This document shows positions 1 through 9,467 of a DNA stretch of 31,990 bases, piece after piece (position 1 is the stretch's first letter; every line of letters starts with the position of its first letter). Origin of the DNA: Tortispora ganteri (taxonomy: Eukaryota). Both the position numbers and the translations under genes were made by a program. The stretch spans positions 186,001 to 217,990 of the forward strand of contig PPNB01000013.1 in the NCBI GenBank assembly GCA_003707115.1, given 5' to 3'. The notes under the pieces were generated by a model. That model was not told the origin of the DNA, ran no database searches, and saw only the letters and a list, made by a program, of their open reading frames with translations.

Positions 1-1481
1 CAAGGAACCAAGGAAGCAACGAAGACAACAGCAAACCACTAATATGAATGATACCGACAGGAGACTATCAGTCATATCAGATAATAAGTCACAAAAATGC
101 TCTATCTAACATGATAGATAGGAGCAACTATTATGTATCTAAGATTCTCACGTGTCTCTGACATTCTATTAGCAGCAGAGAAACATCTAAGCTGTGTCTG
201 CTGATGTAGTTGCGGTCATTCCTATTTGCTGTATGCGAAGATACAAATGAGCTGCAAGGTGAGTTTTTCCCTTATTTTAATATTCTTCAAACTGATGTGA
301 CAGTTAAATTGACTGACTTGACAGCTTTGGAAAGCATTTATCCTGCGTTATGGTGGACTTTATTATTTTTCATTTCGTTCATGAATATTCCGACGAATTC
401 CATATGGATGAAATCTTCTTATACTTCACTATTATGAATAGAGATGATACGATAATACTTGTTCCATGCTGATATTTGACGACAGTAAACCATGACTGAC
501 AGCTGTTTACTTATCCATTATGTGCTTCCGGATTCCGACGCTTTTACGTGCGTTGTCGGTACCGGTATAGCCATCCTGCACAACCTACTACTGGCCAGTC
601 AGTTGTGTAATCTTCATAGCTAGCATTACTTATATTTGTAATTTTTTTCCCCGAAGGGCCATCTGATAAGCCCGTTGCTGTTATAGACGTTAAAGCGCCA
701 TTTCGATGTAGAAGAGAGAAGATTACAGCTTAATATAAAGCAGTAGCTGAATTACCCCAACCCTAACAATATGTTATCTTATCGAGGCAGTGAAGTTCAC
801 ACTAGTCGCTGACATATATGGTATGCACAAGAAAAAAGGAAATCAATCACATAAATAATAAACAATCTAGAGGTTAGCGGGTCAAAATTGGCCAGTGCAT
901 GCAAATCTCACGTGGCTTTCTAAAAGCCTATTATGTTAATTAATTTTGACATATTTCATAGTTCAATTGATGCAAATCCGGGAGGTTGGTATAGCAACTT
1001 AAGGTTTGTCGCAACTGCCACAGCTGTCGCAAAACAGGCGCGATTATCGGTCAGTATGACGTTCCTGGCTAAGTACTAGCGATTTACGGAGATAAATCAT
1101 GTATCTTTAACATTTAGAGGTGCTGCTTAAGTAAGTCGAGTACAAGATAATGGTGAAGCACAGCAAACCACTTTAGTTGGATCACAGATGATCCCAAGGG
1201 TTTAATATGTAGCATTCACTGTAAGTTGATCACGTCATTAATAACAGATAATAACTCCATGAAGGTGATCATAAACCCATTCTAGGTTCTCTGGTTTATG
1301 ATACTGAAGAGCCCAGTTGTATGCTGTTATATCTATCAGCAGGTTCAACTTTGTTGAAGAAGGTGGGGTAAATGATTACTAATCATTAGGTATAAGGTTT
1401 GAGAACTGGTGCCTTATACAAACGTCTTCCAGTAATTTCCATGAAAATATCATCACTTCCATTTCATCTAACTGCGCAAGA

Positions 1482-2537
1482 ATGGGTCTCTTTAGCAGCA
1501 TTCAACTTGTACTGGGGCTATTGTACATGCCAATAAGTCTGAAGATCAAGGAGTACAAAGGTCAATATGCCGATTTCGATCCCAGGATCAGAAAAGTACT
1601 ACTTCAGTTCGATTACCTACTCCAAACATTTTCTTTTGATCAGTCAGTAACAATTCTAAAAAGTCCATCAGCTGAAGAAATTCTTGACGGTATGAAGGAA
1701 AAAGCCGAAGGCTTGAACGGATATAACACAGCTCTGCCCATATCTGGAATCGAAGCTCGATGGATCTACGAAGCTCCAGATCGCAAAGCAGGAGACACAG
1801 TTTTAGTATGTCTTCATGGAGGCGGATATGCACTTGGTTATATGCAGGGACATGCAGAAGTTATGATCGCCTTGCATAAGGCATTGAATAACCCGCGCGT
1901 TTCTATGCTAACTCTGGACTACACCACATCGAACGTCAAGAAGTACCCTGCCCAACTAGTGGAGGCGGTTCAGCTATACAACTGGTTGATTTCGGAGGGC
2001 CATAATGTCATTTTTATGGGCGACTCAGCGGGAGGAAATTTGACAATAGAGCTTGTTGCGCATATCAAGAATGGTGCCCCTGGCGTCCCCGCAGTTACAA
2101 ACAGTAAGATACCATACGGCTTGATCCTGCTTAGCCCATGGACATTTCTTGGATACGAGGACAAAGGCTCTTTCAAGCAATGTAGTGTTAATGACTATCT
2201 TTCCAAATCGGCAATAGAAGAGTGGTCGTCTATGTACGTCAATTCCGACGACGAACTGCGATTGTCGAAATGGGTATCGCCAGTCAATGCCCCCGCAGAC
2301 TTTTTTGATGGATGCATCCCAGATAACACCATCGTTATCTATGGTGAAAATGAAAGCCTCAAGGACCAGATATTGGACTTTGTTAAGCTAGCAAATATTT
2401 CTAGCAGCAAAGTCTTTGGAGAACCCGGAGCCGTACATGGCATGTTCTTATTACAAGCAATGTCGCTGCCTTATGAGGAACTGCGCGAAACTTTTACTTT
2501 TAAGAAGTTATTAGAGTATCTGCGTGCTACTACATAA
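1482..2537 (+). CDS. Alpha/beta hydrolase of the hormone-sensitive-lipase-like family (Say1/Mug180-like steryl deacetylase/esterase)
   Basis: 351-aa ORF with HGGGY oxyanion motif, GDSAGGNL nucleophile elbow, LSPW motif and C-terminal HG catalytic His; hydrophobic N-terminus. Confidence 0.85.
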   Translation: MGLFSSIQLVLGLLYMPISLKIKEYKGQYADFDPRIRKVLLQFDYLLQTFSFDQSVTILKSPSAEEILDGMKEKAEGLNGYNTALPISGIEARWIYEAPDRKAGDTVLVCLHGGGYALGYMQGHAEVMIALHKALNNPRVSMLTLDYTTSNVKKYPAQLVEAVQLYNWLISEGHNVIFMGDSAGGNLTIELVAHIKNGAPGVPAVTNSKIPYGLILLSPWTFLGYEDKGSFKQCSVNDYLSKSAIEEWSSMYVNSDDELRLSKWVSPVNAPADFFDGCIPDNTIVIYGENESLKDQILDFVKLANISSSKVFGEPGAVHGMFLLQAMSLPYEELRETFTFKKLLEYLRATT

Positions 2538-2600
2538 TTATGCAATTATCGCTAATAGTATAATTTTCTCAGGTAAACACATCATAAAGGTTATGAGACG

Positions 2601-4025
2601 TTACTTAGCACTGGCAGCACATAACGCTGCGCCCACTCCGGACCCATCGCGCGCGATTCCTATAGACAGCTTACCTTCACATTTCTGTCCCACAATTAGA
2701 GATATAGCCTTGCGCATTAGAGCCTCAAATCCGGGATAGTATTCAACCACGCTTCCATCGACCCCTACATCGACGTCTCTTGGGTTCTCGGTGTCACCGA
2801 ATGCATCGATTTGCTTTAAAGTCGACCCTATAGCTATGCCACTTAAATATCCTGCCCTTCTTCCTATCGCAGACACAACAGCATGCAATGAAATACGTTC
2901 ATTCTTGGGTATATCTGCTTTATAACCTAACTCGGCCAACACTTCTTGGACATGAATCATATCTAGGGTGTTATCAGCTTCAATCTTAGACAAAACGGAT
3001 GTATCTAGAGCCCATGGTGTAGACAAATCCTTCTCAAATTCATCACTGCCTTTTGATTTAAGGATGAGTTCGGACTTTCTTAGATCGACTAGAACCAAAC
3101 GCAGAAGCTCACCCAAAAACATGCCAGATATGCGTTTCTCGAACATCTGAAAACCAGGATTAGGAGTAAGTAGGTCGAGTTGTTCATCATATTTAGTAGA
3201 AGGTAGGACTTTCAAGTTATTATCAAATCCACCCCATTCAGTATTGACAACCATATATTCCTCTGTACTGGCCACTGATTCAGAGTCGAGCTTTGTGATT
3301 TGAGAGATATGTTCCAAGTAGGCGCCGTTAGTGCCAGTTCCAAAAATTGCGCCAATGACGGCAATACCTGTTCCGGCAGATGTGTACGAGCGAGACATGA
3401 GTGTTCCTACAGTATCATTGACGAGTGCTGACACGTGAACAGGGATAGAAAGCTTGTCAATTTCATTCTGCAACAATAATGGAACGTCCATTCCTATAGC
3501 GTCCGGTATGTCAAAGCCCTTAGTCCACCGTAAAAGGTTGCCATGGTTTAGCGAGGTTTGCGCAACGGGGAACGAAAAGGTGAAGCCCAATTTGAAAGTG
3601 TGGCTGACGGGGTTATCTTCAGCATACTTGTCACTGTGATGAGTTTTCAAGAATTCCTTGATGCGAAGGGCCATGAAGGAAAAAAGCTCATGAGAAGTGG
3701 AAACCATAAGCTCGCGAGGGACAGGGTACTTTGATTGGAGCAGTTCGAATGTTGAATCGCCTTTCAGATCGACAGAGCATACTCTGAAGTTGGTACCTCC
3801 GAGATCGACGGCAAGATAGGTCCCTGTTTCTGTACCATTTGGTATAGTTGTCACAAAAGCAGGAATCATATTCATAGCTTCAGGATTATTAGCGGTACTT
3901 AGGCCCAAATTCATTTCCTTATTGAACTCGGCAGCTATGGATAAGATATCCGAGTCCTTGAGGGAGAAGTCCGCGACTATTTGTGCGACAGCGTTTTCTA
4001 AGTCTGATGTGTGTGGGATAATCAT
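2601..4025 (-). CDS. GLK1: Glucokinase (hexokinase family)
   Basis: 474 aa with LAVDLGGTNFRVC, LGFTFSFPV, LLRWTKGFDI, VNDTVGT, IFGTGTNGAY, NTEWG, FEKRISGMFLGE, VDGSVVEYYPGF and DGSGVGAAL. The SFPV/NFRVC/ISGMFLGE variants are typical of the fungal glucokinase branch. Confidence 0.9.
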   Translation of the reverse strand: MIIPHTSDLENAVAQIVADFSLKDSDILSIAAEFNKEMNLGLSTANNPEAMNMIPAFVTTIPNGTETGTYLAVDLGGTNFRVCSVDLKGDSTFELLQSKYPVPRELMVSTSHELFSFMALRIKEFLKTHHSDKYAEDNPVSHTFKLGFTFSFPVAQTSLNHGNLLRWTKGFDIPDAIGMDVPLLLQNEIDKLSIPVHVSALVNDTVGTLMSRSYTSAGTGIAVIGAIFGTGTNGAYLEHISQITKLDSESVASTEEYMVVNTEWGGFDNNLKVLPSTKYDEQLDLLTPNPGFQMFEKRISGMFLGELLRLVLVDLRKSELILKSKGSDEFEKDLSTPWALDTSVLSKIEADNTLDMIHVQEVLAELGYKADIPKNERISLHAVVSAIGRRAGYLSGIAIGSTLKQIDAFGDTENPRDVDVGVDGSVVEYYPGFEALMRKAISLIVGQKCEGKLSIGIARDGSGVGAALCAASAK

Positions 4026-5287
4026 TTGAGCATCAAAAAACGCGTATATTTAAAATATAGTTCAATTATTAATGTCTAAGGGTCGTGCAATTGTTAATAA
4101 TTGCGATCGCCCTACTAATTTCCTATGAGAATAGTGAAAGGCTGAAAGGTAGCGATGACCAACTAGTCGAATAAATGGTGAAAACCTTATTATAGAACCT
4201 TAACTTTATCATTAGAATAGTGGTGCACTGATGACATACGTAACGCTTGTTAATAGTTGGATAAGCCTTTATATAACAATTCTACAGGATCAGGTGATAG
4301 ATAATCATGTTACTGTCTAAAACTATGTATAGAAGTTAGCCGTCAAGGAGCTCGAAGTGATGCTGATTTCTATACTCCATAGTTGATTTCGGGGAGGTTG
4401 GCCACATCTATTCATTTTGCCAAACACCCTTTTCCCGCTATTTTATTATTATAGTTGCACATTAATTACATAGATTTACACTGACTAAGTTAAATAAACG
4501 CACTTTGGTAACTTGGAATGCACTAGCAGTTGCAATTTTTCATTAGGACAGCGAGCGAGTACTTAGGTCTGGTATGGAATTCAAGGTTATGAGCACCAAC
4601 AATTTAGTTATAAGTTTTCGAACATTTCTATGTTCTTCAAAGAAGGCCGTATGGTTTGAAATTATTAGTTGGTACTGCATCAAATGTGGTAGGTAGAGCG
4701 ACTAGGAATGTCTAAGCCTAAACTATGTTTCAACTGCCACAACGTCCACACAATCCTGCCATTGAGAACGACAATGGTTGGCCAGGGTATTTGCACTACA
4801 TAGAGAGAGTTCACGTATTTCATTCCCTTGCTAATATCAGGGTCGATCTGCTATGAAATCAATTCCAGTCGAATCGATGTTACTTATTTCGGTTCCAGTG
4901 CAGTGTTCATAATATAAGTGCTGTCGATCCATGAATGTTTAACCAATGTGTTCTCGTAATATGCACAAATAGAGCTCTTATAACCAGATCTAATAATAAG
5001 GAAATATTCCACTATAAATTATCAAGAACATCAATGGTAATCTTTCTTTGAATTGGGCGTGACGTTCTCGTCAGCGATTATTCCGAACGAGCGATATAGA
5101 TCAGGCTCAACTGTGTGTATTATCCGGCTGGATAGATCACCATTCAGATACTACTATAGTTTAACACTTATAAAACCATGATTAACAGTTTCTCAAAACC
5201 AAGGTCAAACATTTATATATGTATTATAGCAACTTAAATGCTACAATGGTAGCAATATTATATATATAAAAAGAAAGGTGTAAATCA

Positions 5288-5392
5288 TAGGGTTAGGGGA
5301 CATAATAGGGCATTAGGTAGATGAAAAGCAAGTAATGACATAGCAACCGTAGGGCTATTTTGGCGTAATGTGACTGTGGTTTAAGGTTGCTA
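5288..5392 (+). promoter_or_regulatory. Ribosomal-protein gene promoter elements (Homol-D, Homol-E/Tbf1-like TAGGG repeats)
   Basis: TGTGACTG (Homol-D) at 5369-5376, TAGGGTTAGGGG at 5288-5299, TAGGG at 5306-5310 and TAGGGCTA at 5350-5357, all 140-230 bp upstream of the RPS13 ATG. Confidence 0.6.
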
Positions 5393-5515
5393 ACGCACAG
5401 CAGGTAGGAAACGCATTCCTGGATAACGCACATTGAATCGAATAGTGTTTTTATTTTTCGACGCTATTTCTACACATCATTCATACTTAGCAAGAAATAA
5501 CTAATATAAATCGAT

Positions 5516-5953
5516 ATGGGCCGCGGAATCTCTAGTTCATCGATCCCTTATTCTCGTCGAACCCCCGCTTGGTTCAAGCTCACTCCTGATGAAGTCAAGG
5601 AGCTGATCACCAAGTACGCTCGCAAAGGTATGAGCCCTTCGCAAATTGGTGTTACTCTTAGAGATGTTCATGGAGTTGCTCAAGTTAAGGTTGCTACTAA
5701 CAACAAGATTCTGCGTATCTTGAAGACAAGTGGTCTTGCCCCTGATATTCCTGAGGATTTGTACCAATTGATCAAGAAGGCGCTTAATGTCCGCAAGCAT
5801 CTTGAGCGCAACCGCAAGGACCGTGATGCCAAATTCAGACTCATTCTTATTGAGTCGCGTATTCACCGTCTTGCCCGTTATTACCGCAGCACTGCTGTTC
5901 TTCCCGCTAACTGGAAATACGAATCTGGTACTGCTTCTGCTTTGGTAGCCTAA
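5516..5953 (+). CDS. RPS13: 40S ribosomal protein S13 (uS15), 145 aa, N-terminally shortened
   Basis: [76 protein letters not shown] and LP.NWKYES.TASALVA. Confidence 0.97.
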   Translation: MGRGISSSSIPYSRRTPAWFKLTPDEVKELITKYARKGMSPSQIGVTLRDVHGVAQVKVATNNKILRILKTSGLAPDIPEDLYQLIKKALNVRKHLERNRKDRDAKFRLILIESRIHRLARYYRSTAVLPANWKYESGTASALVA

Positions 5954-6110
5954 ACTACTACACCCAGGAATGATATTTTTTACGATATTGCTTTGCAACA
6001 ACAATCTACTTTGACTCTCACGTCTGTTCTTTCAATCGTAACTGTACATATAGAGTATTAAAATAAGTCAAATATATATTTAGAATCCCTGATCGCTTTC
6101 TCCGAACTGT

Positions 6111-6470
6111 TCACTCGCTTCGGGCTATAAGATACTCACCAAGACTCCGAAGAGGGTTCTCTGGCTGTTCTAGTGCAATCTTCCGCATGCCTTCCAGCAG
6201 CACCGGAGTGACTTTCGCGTTCAGGTACCTGCGTACGGGCGCACCTCCTGCGGCCGGATTCGGTTTTGACATATCTACTTCCGGCTCTGTACTGGGCTCT
6301 TCGGCTGGTGTGGTTTCATTTACAGCAATGGGTACGCTGGTGTCTATTGCAGATGCTTCAGGTTCCGCTGACGTACTCAATTCTGTCATTGCAACATCTT
6401 CTGGTACTTTATCTGTTTCTGTAGCTTTTTTGACGACATTGTCTGCGCCATTTCTATTAGTTTCCTCCAT
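6111..6470 (-). CDS. SDC1: COMPASS/Set1C subunit, Dpy-30 domain
   Basis: Acidic disordered N-terminus followed by GGAPVRRYLNAKVTPVLLEGMRKIA.EQPENPLR.LGEYL, the Dpy-30 motif. Confidence 0.9.
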   Translation of the reverse strand: MEETNRNGADNVVKKATETDKVPEDVAMTELSTSAEPEASAIDTSVPIAVNETTPAEEPSTEPEVDMSKPNPAAGGAPVRRYLNAKVTPVLLEGMRKIALEQPENPLRSLGEYLIARSE

Positions 6471-6612
6471 TCCCTATCAATATTTAGAGTCGACTGTTGT
6501 GTTGAGTGTCATACCCCTTGCCAGTATAAGCCCATCCTCAATTACCCACTTTGTTCCTTAACCTTATCCCACCTGAATTCTCGCGCGCTCTCTTATTCCT
6601 TTCATTTCTAGC

Positions 6613-7644
6613 ATGTGGTCTGCGATAAAGGCGACACCCGAAGACGTCCTGCTCCAGACAGTGCTACGTTGTGGCCAATCGTTTCGATGGAAACTATTTG
6701 ACGATACCTGGGCTTGTAGCATGCGCGATCGCATCGTCCTGCTCAAACAAGCACCGGACGCGATCCACGTTAGATCTATTCCTGATCGGCTCGATACTGA
6801 GGACCTTGTGCGCTCCTATCTAGCTCTAGACGTCCAACTTCCGTATCTTTACGCTCAATGGACAAAGGCAGATGCTCATCTGGCCAAAGTAGCTAAAAAG
6901 GGTTTCACAGGCGTCAGAATGCTTCGACAGGACCCCTGGGAAACGCTCTGCTGCTTCATATGCTCGAGCAATAACAACATAAAACGCATCACACAAATGG
7001 TAGATGCGCTCTGTACAAACTACGGCTCCTACATTGACTCATATAAGGGCACAAAATTCTATACATTTCCTGAACCGAGCGCATTGGCTCACCCAGACGT
7101 CGAAGCTCAGTTGCGACAACTGGGATTCGGGTACAGAGCTAAATACATTCAGAAGACCGCGGCCGCTATCGCTGAGCATCCAAGAGGCGTTCAGCATCTT
7201 TGGGATCTACGGGAGAAACACTCGTACAAACAGGCGAAAGAGGAACTGTTGATGTTCCAGGGCGTTGGGCCTAAAGTTGCCGACTGCGTCTGCTTAATGG
7301 GCCTCGACAAGCCAGATGCCGTTCCTGTTGACACACATGTGTGGCAGATCGCTCAACGTGATTACAAGTTCTCTAAAGGTAAGAACCTCAAAAATCTCAA
7401 CAAAGAAGTTTACGATGCAATAGGTGACTTCTTCCGCAACCTGTGGGGTCCATACGCGGGTTGGGCTCATTCAGTGCTGTTTGCAGCGGATCTGCCCGAC
7501 TTGGCGCTGCAGGTCAGCGCTATCAATACTAAAGTAGAAGTTAAGGTCGAGATGGAAGAGCTGTTATTATCGAAAAAGAAGCGGACACTACCGGAAAATG
7601 TTGTTATAACGAGTTCACGAAAACGCAAAATGGTATCTACATGA
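6613..7644 (+). CDS. OGG1: 8-oxoguanine DNA glycosylase/AP lyase
   Basis: L.CGQSFRW, LRQDPWETL..FICSSNNNIKRI, GFGYRAKYI, HhH-GPD motif GVGPKVADC...VPVDTHVWQIA.RDY, WGPYAGWAHSVLF; basic C-terminal NLS-like KKKR...RKRK. Confidence 0.96.
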   Translation: MWSAIKATPEDVLLQTVLRCGQSFRWKLFDDTWACSMRDRIVLLKQAPDAIHVRSIPDRLDTEDLVRSYLALDVQLPYLYAQWTKADAHLAKVAKKGFTGVRMLRQDPWETLCCFICSSNNNIKRITQMVDALCTNYGSYIDSYKGTKFYTFPEPSALAHPDVEAQLRQLGFGYRAKYIQKTAAAIAEHPRGVQHLWDLREKHSYKQAKEELLMFQGVGPKVADCVCLMGLDKPDAVPVDTHVWQIAQRDYKFSKGKNLKNLNKEVYDAIGDFFRNLWGPYAGWAHSVLFAADLPDLALQVSAINTKVEVKVEMEELLLSKKKRTLPENVVITSSRKRKMVST

Positions 7645-7988
7645 TGCCGCAAAGACGAAAATATATATATTACATTACACAAAAAAAAATCAAGATTAAG
7701 AAAAAAAAAGGGCGGAATCAGTGGAAACGAAAAAGATAAGATATACAGAGTGAGTGTTGGCACTGCTCAAGGTGATTGCTTACTAGAGAAGTTCTTCGTT
7801 ATTTTGTTGTGTTTTTTTTTTTTCCTCGTTTGCTAGTTGCTTTTCCCTTTGACAGTTTCTTATAAAGTACCTGTTAAATAGCAGCAGCAACAGGAGCAGA
7901 GGGGTTTGCACACGCACAAAGTTCATAATTCCTTATCTGGACATTAGTACTCTCTATCGAAGGACTACTTCGCTGAAAGAACCCATTT

Positions 7989-8447
7989 CTACTTTCCTCC
8001 GAAGAACTTCTTGATGCGACCGAAAAGTCCCTTGGGCTTCGGGGCAGGTGGGGCCGTGCGAACAATCACACGAGTGACTGTAGACGCGGGAGCAGGTACA
8101 ACAGGAGTAGGATTGGGTTCCTGCTTGATTTGTTGTGGTTTTACAGGAGCAGGAGCAGGAGCAGGAGCAGGTGCGACTTTGATCTTAGGTGCAGGGGCAA
8201 CTACAGGGGCAATTGATTCACCGCTGACAGTGGGATCATCAGGAGAGTCTCCTCCGCCGGTTGAGCTGGCCTTGATAGCAGACTTCAGGTTGGCACAGTT
8301 CACGCCAATAATGTTGACAGGTCCGGAAGCATCCTGTGGGGTAGGTGCAGCGCTGGCACCGGCAATCAAACCGGAAAGTAAAAGAGCAGCGCCTGAGGCT
8401 GCGATGCTGTCAAAGGGTATGTTGCTAATTTGAAGAGCTGAGATCAT
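7989..8447 (-). CDS. Orphan small secreted Pro/Ala-rich protein A (152 aa) with cationic amphipathic C-terminus
   Basis: First ATG at 8447 (the track's start at 8477 is TTG). Hydrophobic signal-like stretch AALLLSGLIAGASA followed by APTPQ, a typical fungal signal cleavage context; one Cys; PAPAPAP linker; ends KPKGLFGRIKKFFGGK. Confidence 0.7.
   Translation of the reverse strand: MISALQISNIPFDSIAASGAALLLSGLIAGASAAPTPQDASGPVNIIGVNCANLKSAIKASSTGGGDSPDDPTVSGESIAPVVAPAPKIKVAPAPAPAPAPVKPQQIKQEPNPTPVVPAPASTVTRVIVRTAPPAPKPKGLFGRIKKFFGGK
8144..8171. repeat. Coding hexanucleotide microsatellite (CAGGAG)x4.7
   Basis: CAGGAG repeated 4 times plus CAGG; encodes the (PA)n tract of protein A on the minus strand. 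Confidence 0.85.
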
Positions 8448-9467
8448 GGCTGGTTTGCTGGTAGTGTAACGTTGCAAAAGTGATTCCGTGGAGATCTTCT
8501 ATATCCTTCGTTTAAATACACCGCAACATACTGCGCATTTGTCGCTATTCCTGCAGTCCCTTATAGAGCGTTAATTCTCATTATTGCAGGGTTGCATTTC
8601 TCCAATGATCGTGTCCCTACTATCGTCTTTTATTGCCCTGCATTTCATTTCTTTTTCTTATGTGCATGTTCTACTAAACTCATGCTGGCCGCTGCTTTGC
8701 GGACCCTTCACGATGTGCTTAATACCATTTGATGTCTATCACCGTACACCCTTAAGGGCGCTGCCGTGATAGCATTAACTATTTCCCTGCTTTTTGTGGA
8801 TCCTCCAGGGGGGGGTTGCAATTTGTCAGATTTTTTATGCTATTGTATGCTTTCCTGTAAGTGCGATTTGACTTAATCTATATTTCAGAAGTTATGACAC
8901 TGTAGCTTCAATCATAGCATGTGAGTTACAATAGCTCTTAGATTGCAACCAATGGGTGTATAGTTGTAAAAATTACAATGATTCTTAAAAACCAATATAA
9001 GATTAAGTAGGATACGAATAATATATAGCCATAAAAATTTACAATTAAATACAACCAAGTCTGCTAGTCCTGAATCTTGGCGATAAGGACAAGCAAATAA
9101 AAGGAACTCGTTGGCTAAGATTTGAGCGAATATTTGCAAAAAGACTAAGAACATTTCACCACGAAAGAAGCAAAACTAGGTGGTTGTATATGCAATCTAT
9201 ATACTATCCAGGAGTGCTTCGCTAATTGAACGGAACCTAGAGTTTCTTTGACCGAGAAAGGAAGAAAATAACATATTCTGGAAAAAACAACAAGAAGGAA
9301 GAGAAGGAGATCATAAATTTAGACCAAGAAAATATGCATTAATTGATCTGTAGTGAGCAGAGAGGACGAGAGAAGAAAGGAGGTCGAGATTGGGGTTCTT
9401 GAGTAAAAGGAAGCAAACTGCTGTCATATCTGTGCATGGAAATCCAAGAAAGGAGAACTCACCGCAT

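Noticed and set aside
1..47. Possible 3' end of an upstream + strand gene
   Set aside because: Too short to establish a frame or identity.
210..437. Short intergenic ORFs (210-437, 8584-8769, 8912-9154, 16592-16774, 17142-17357) and antisense ORFs inside genes
   Set aside because: No recognisable motifs, mostly non-ATG starts, AT-rich random-like composition, or shadows of real genes.
711..730. AGAGAAGATTA resembling the U6 snRNA ACAGAGA region
   Set aside because: Lacks the ACAGAGA box and the following AGCATGGCCCC stem.
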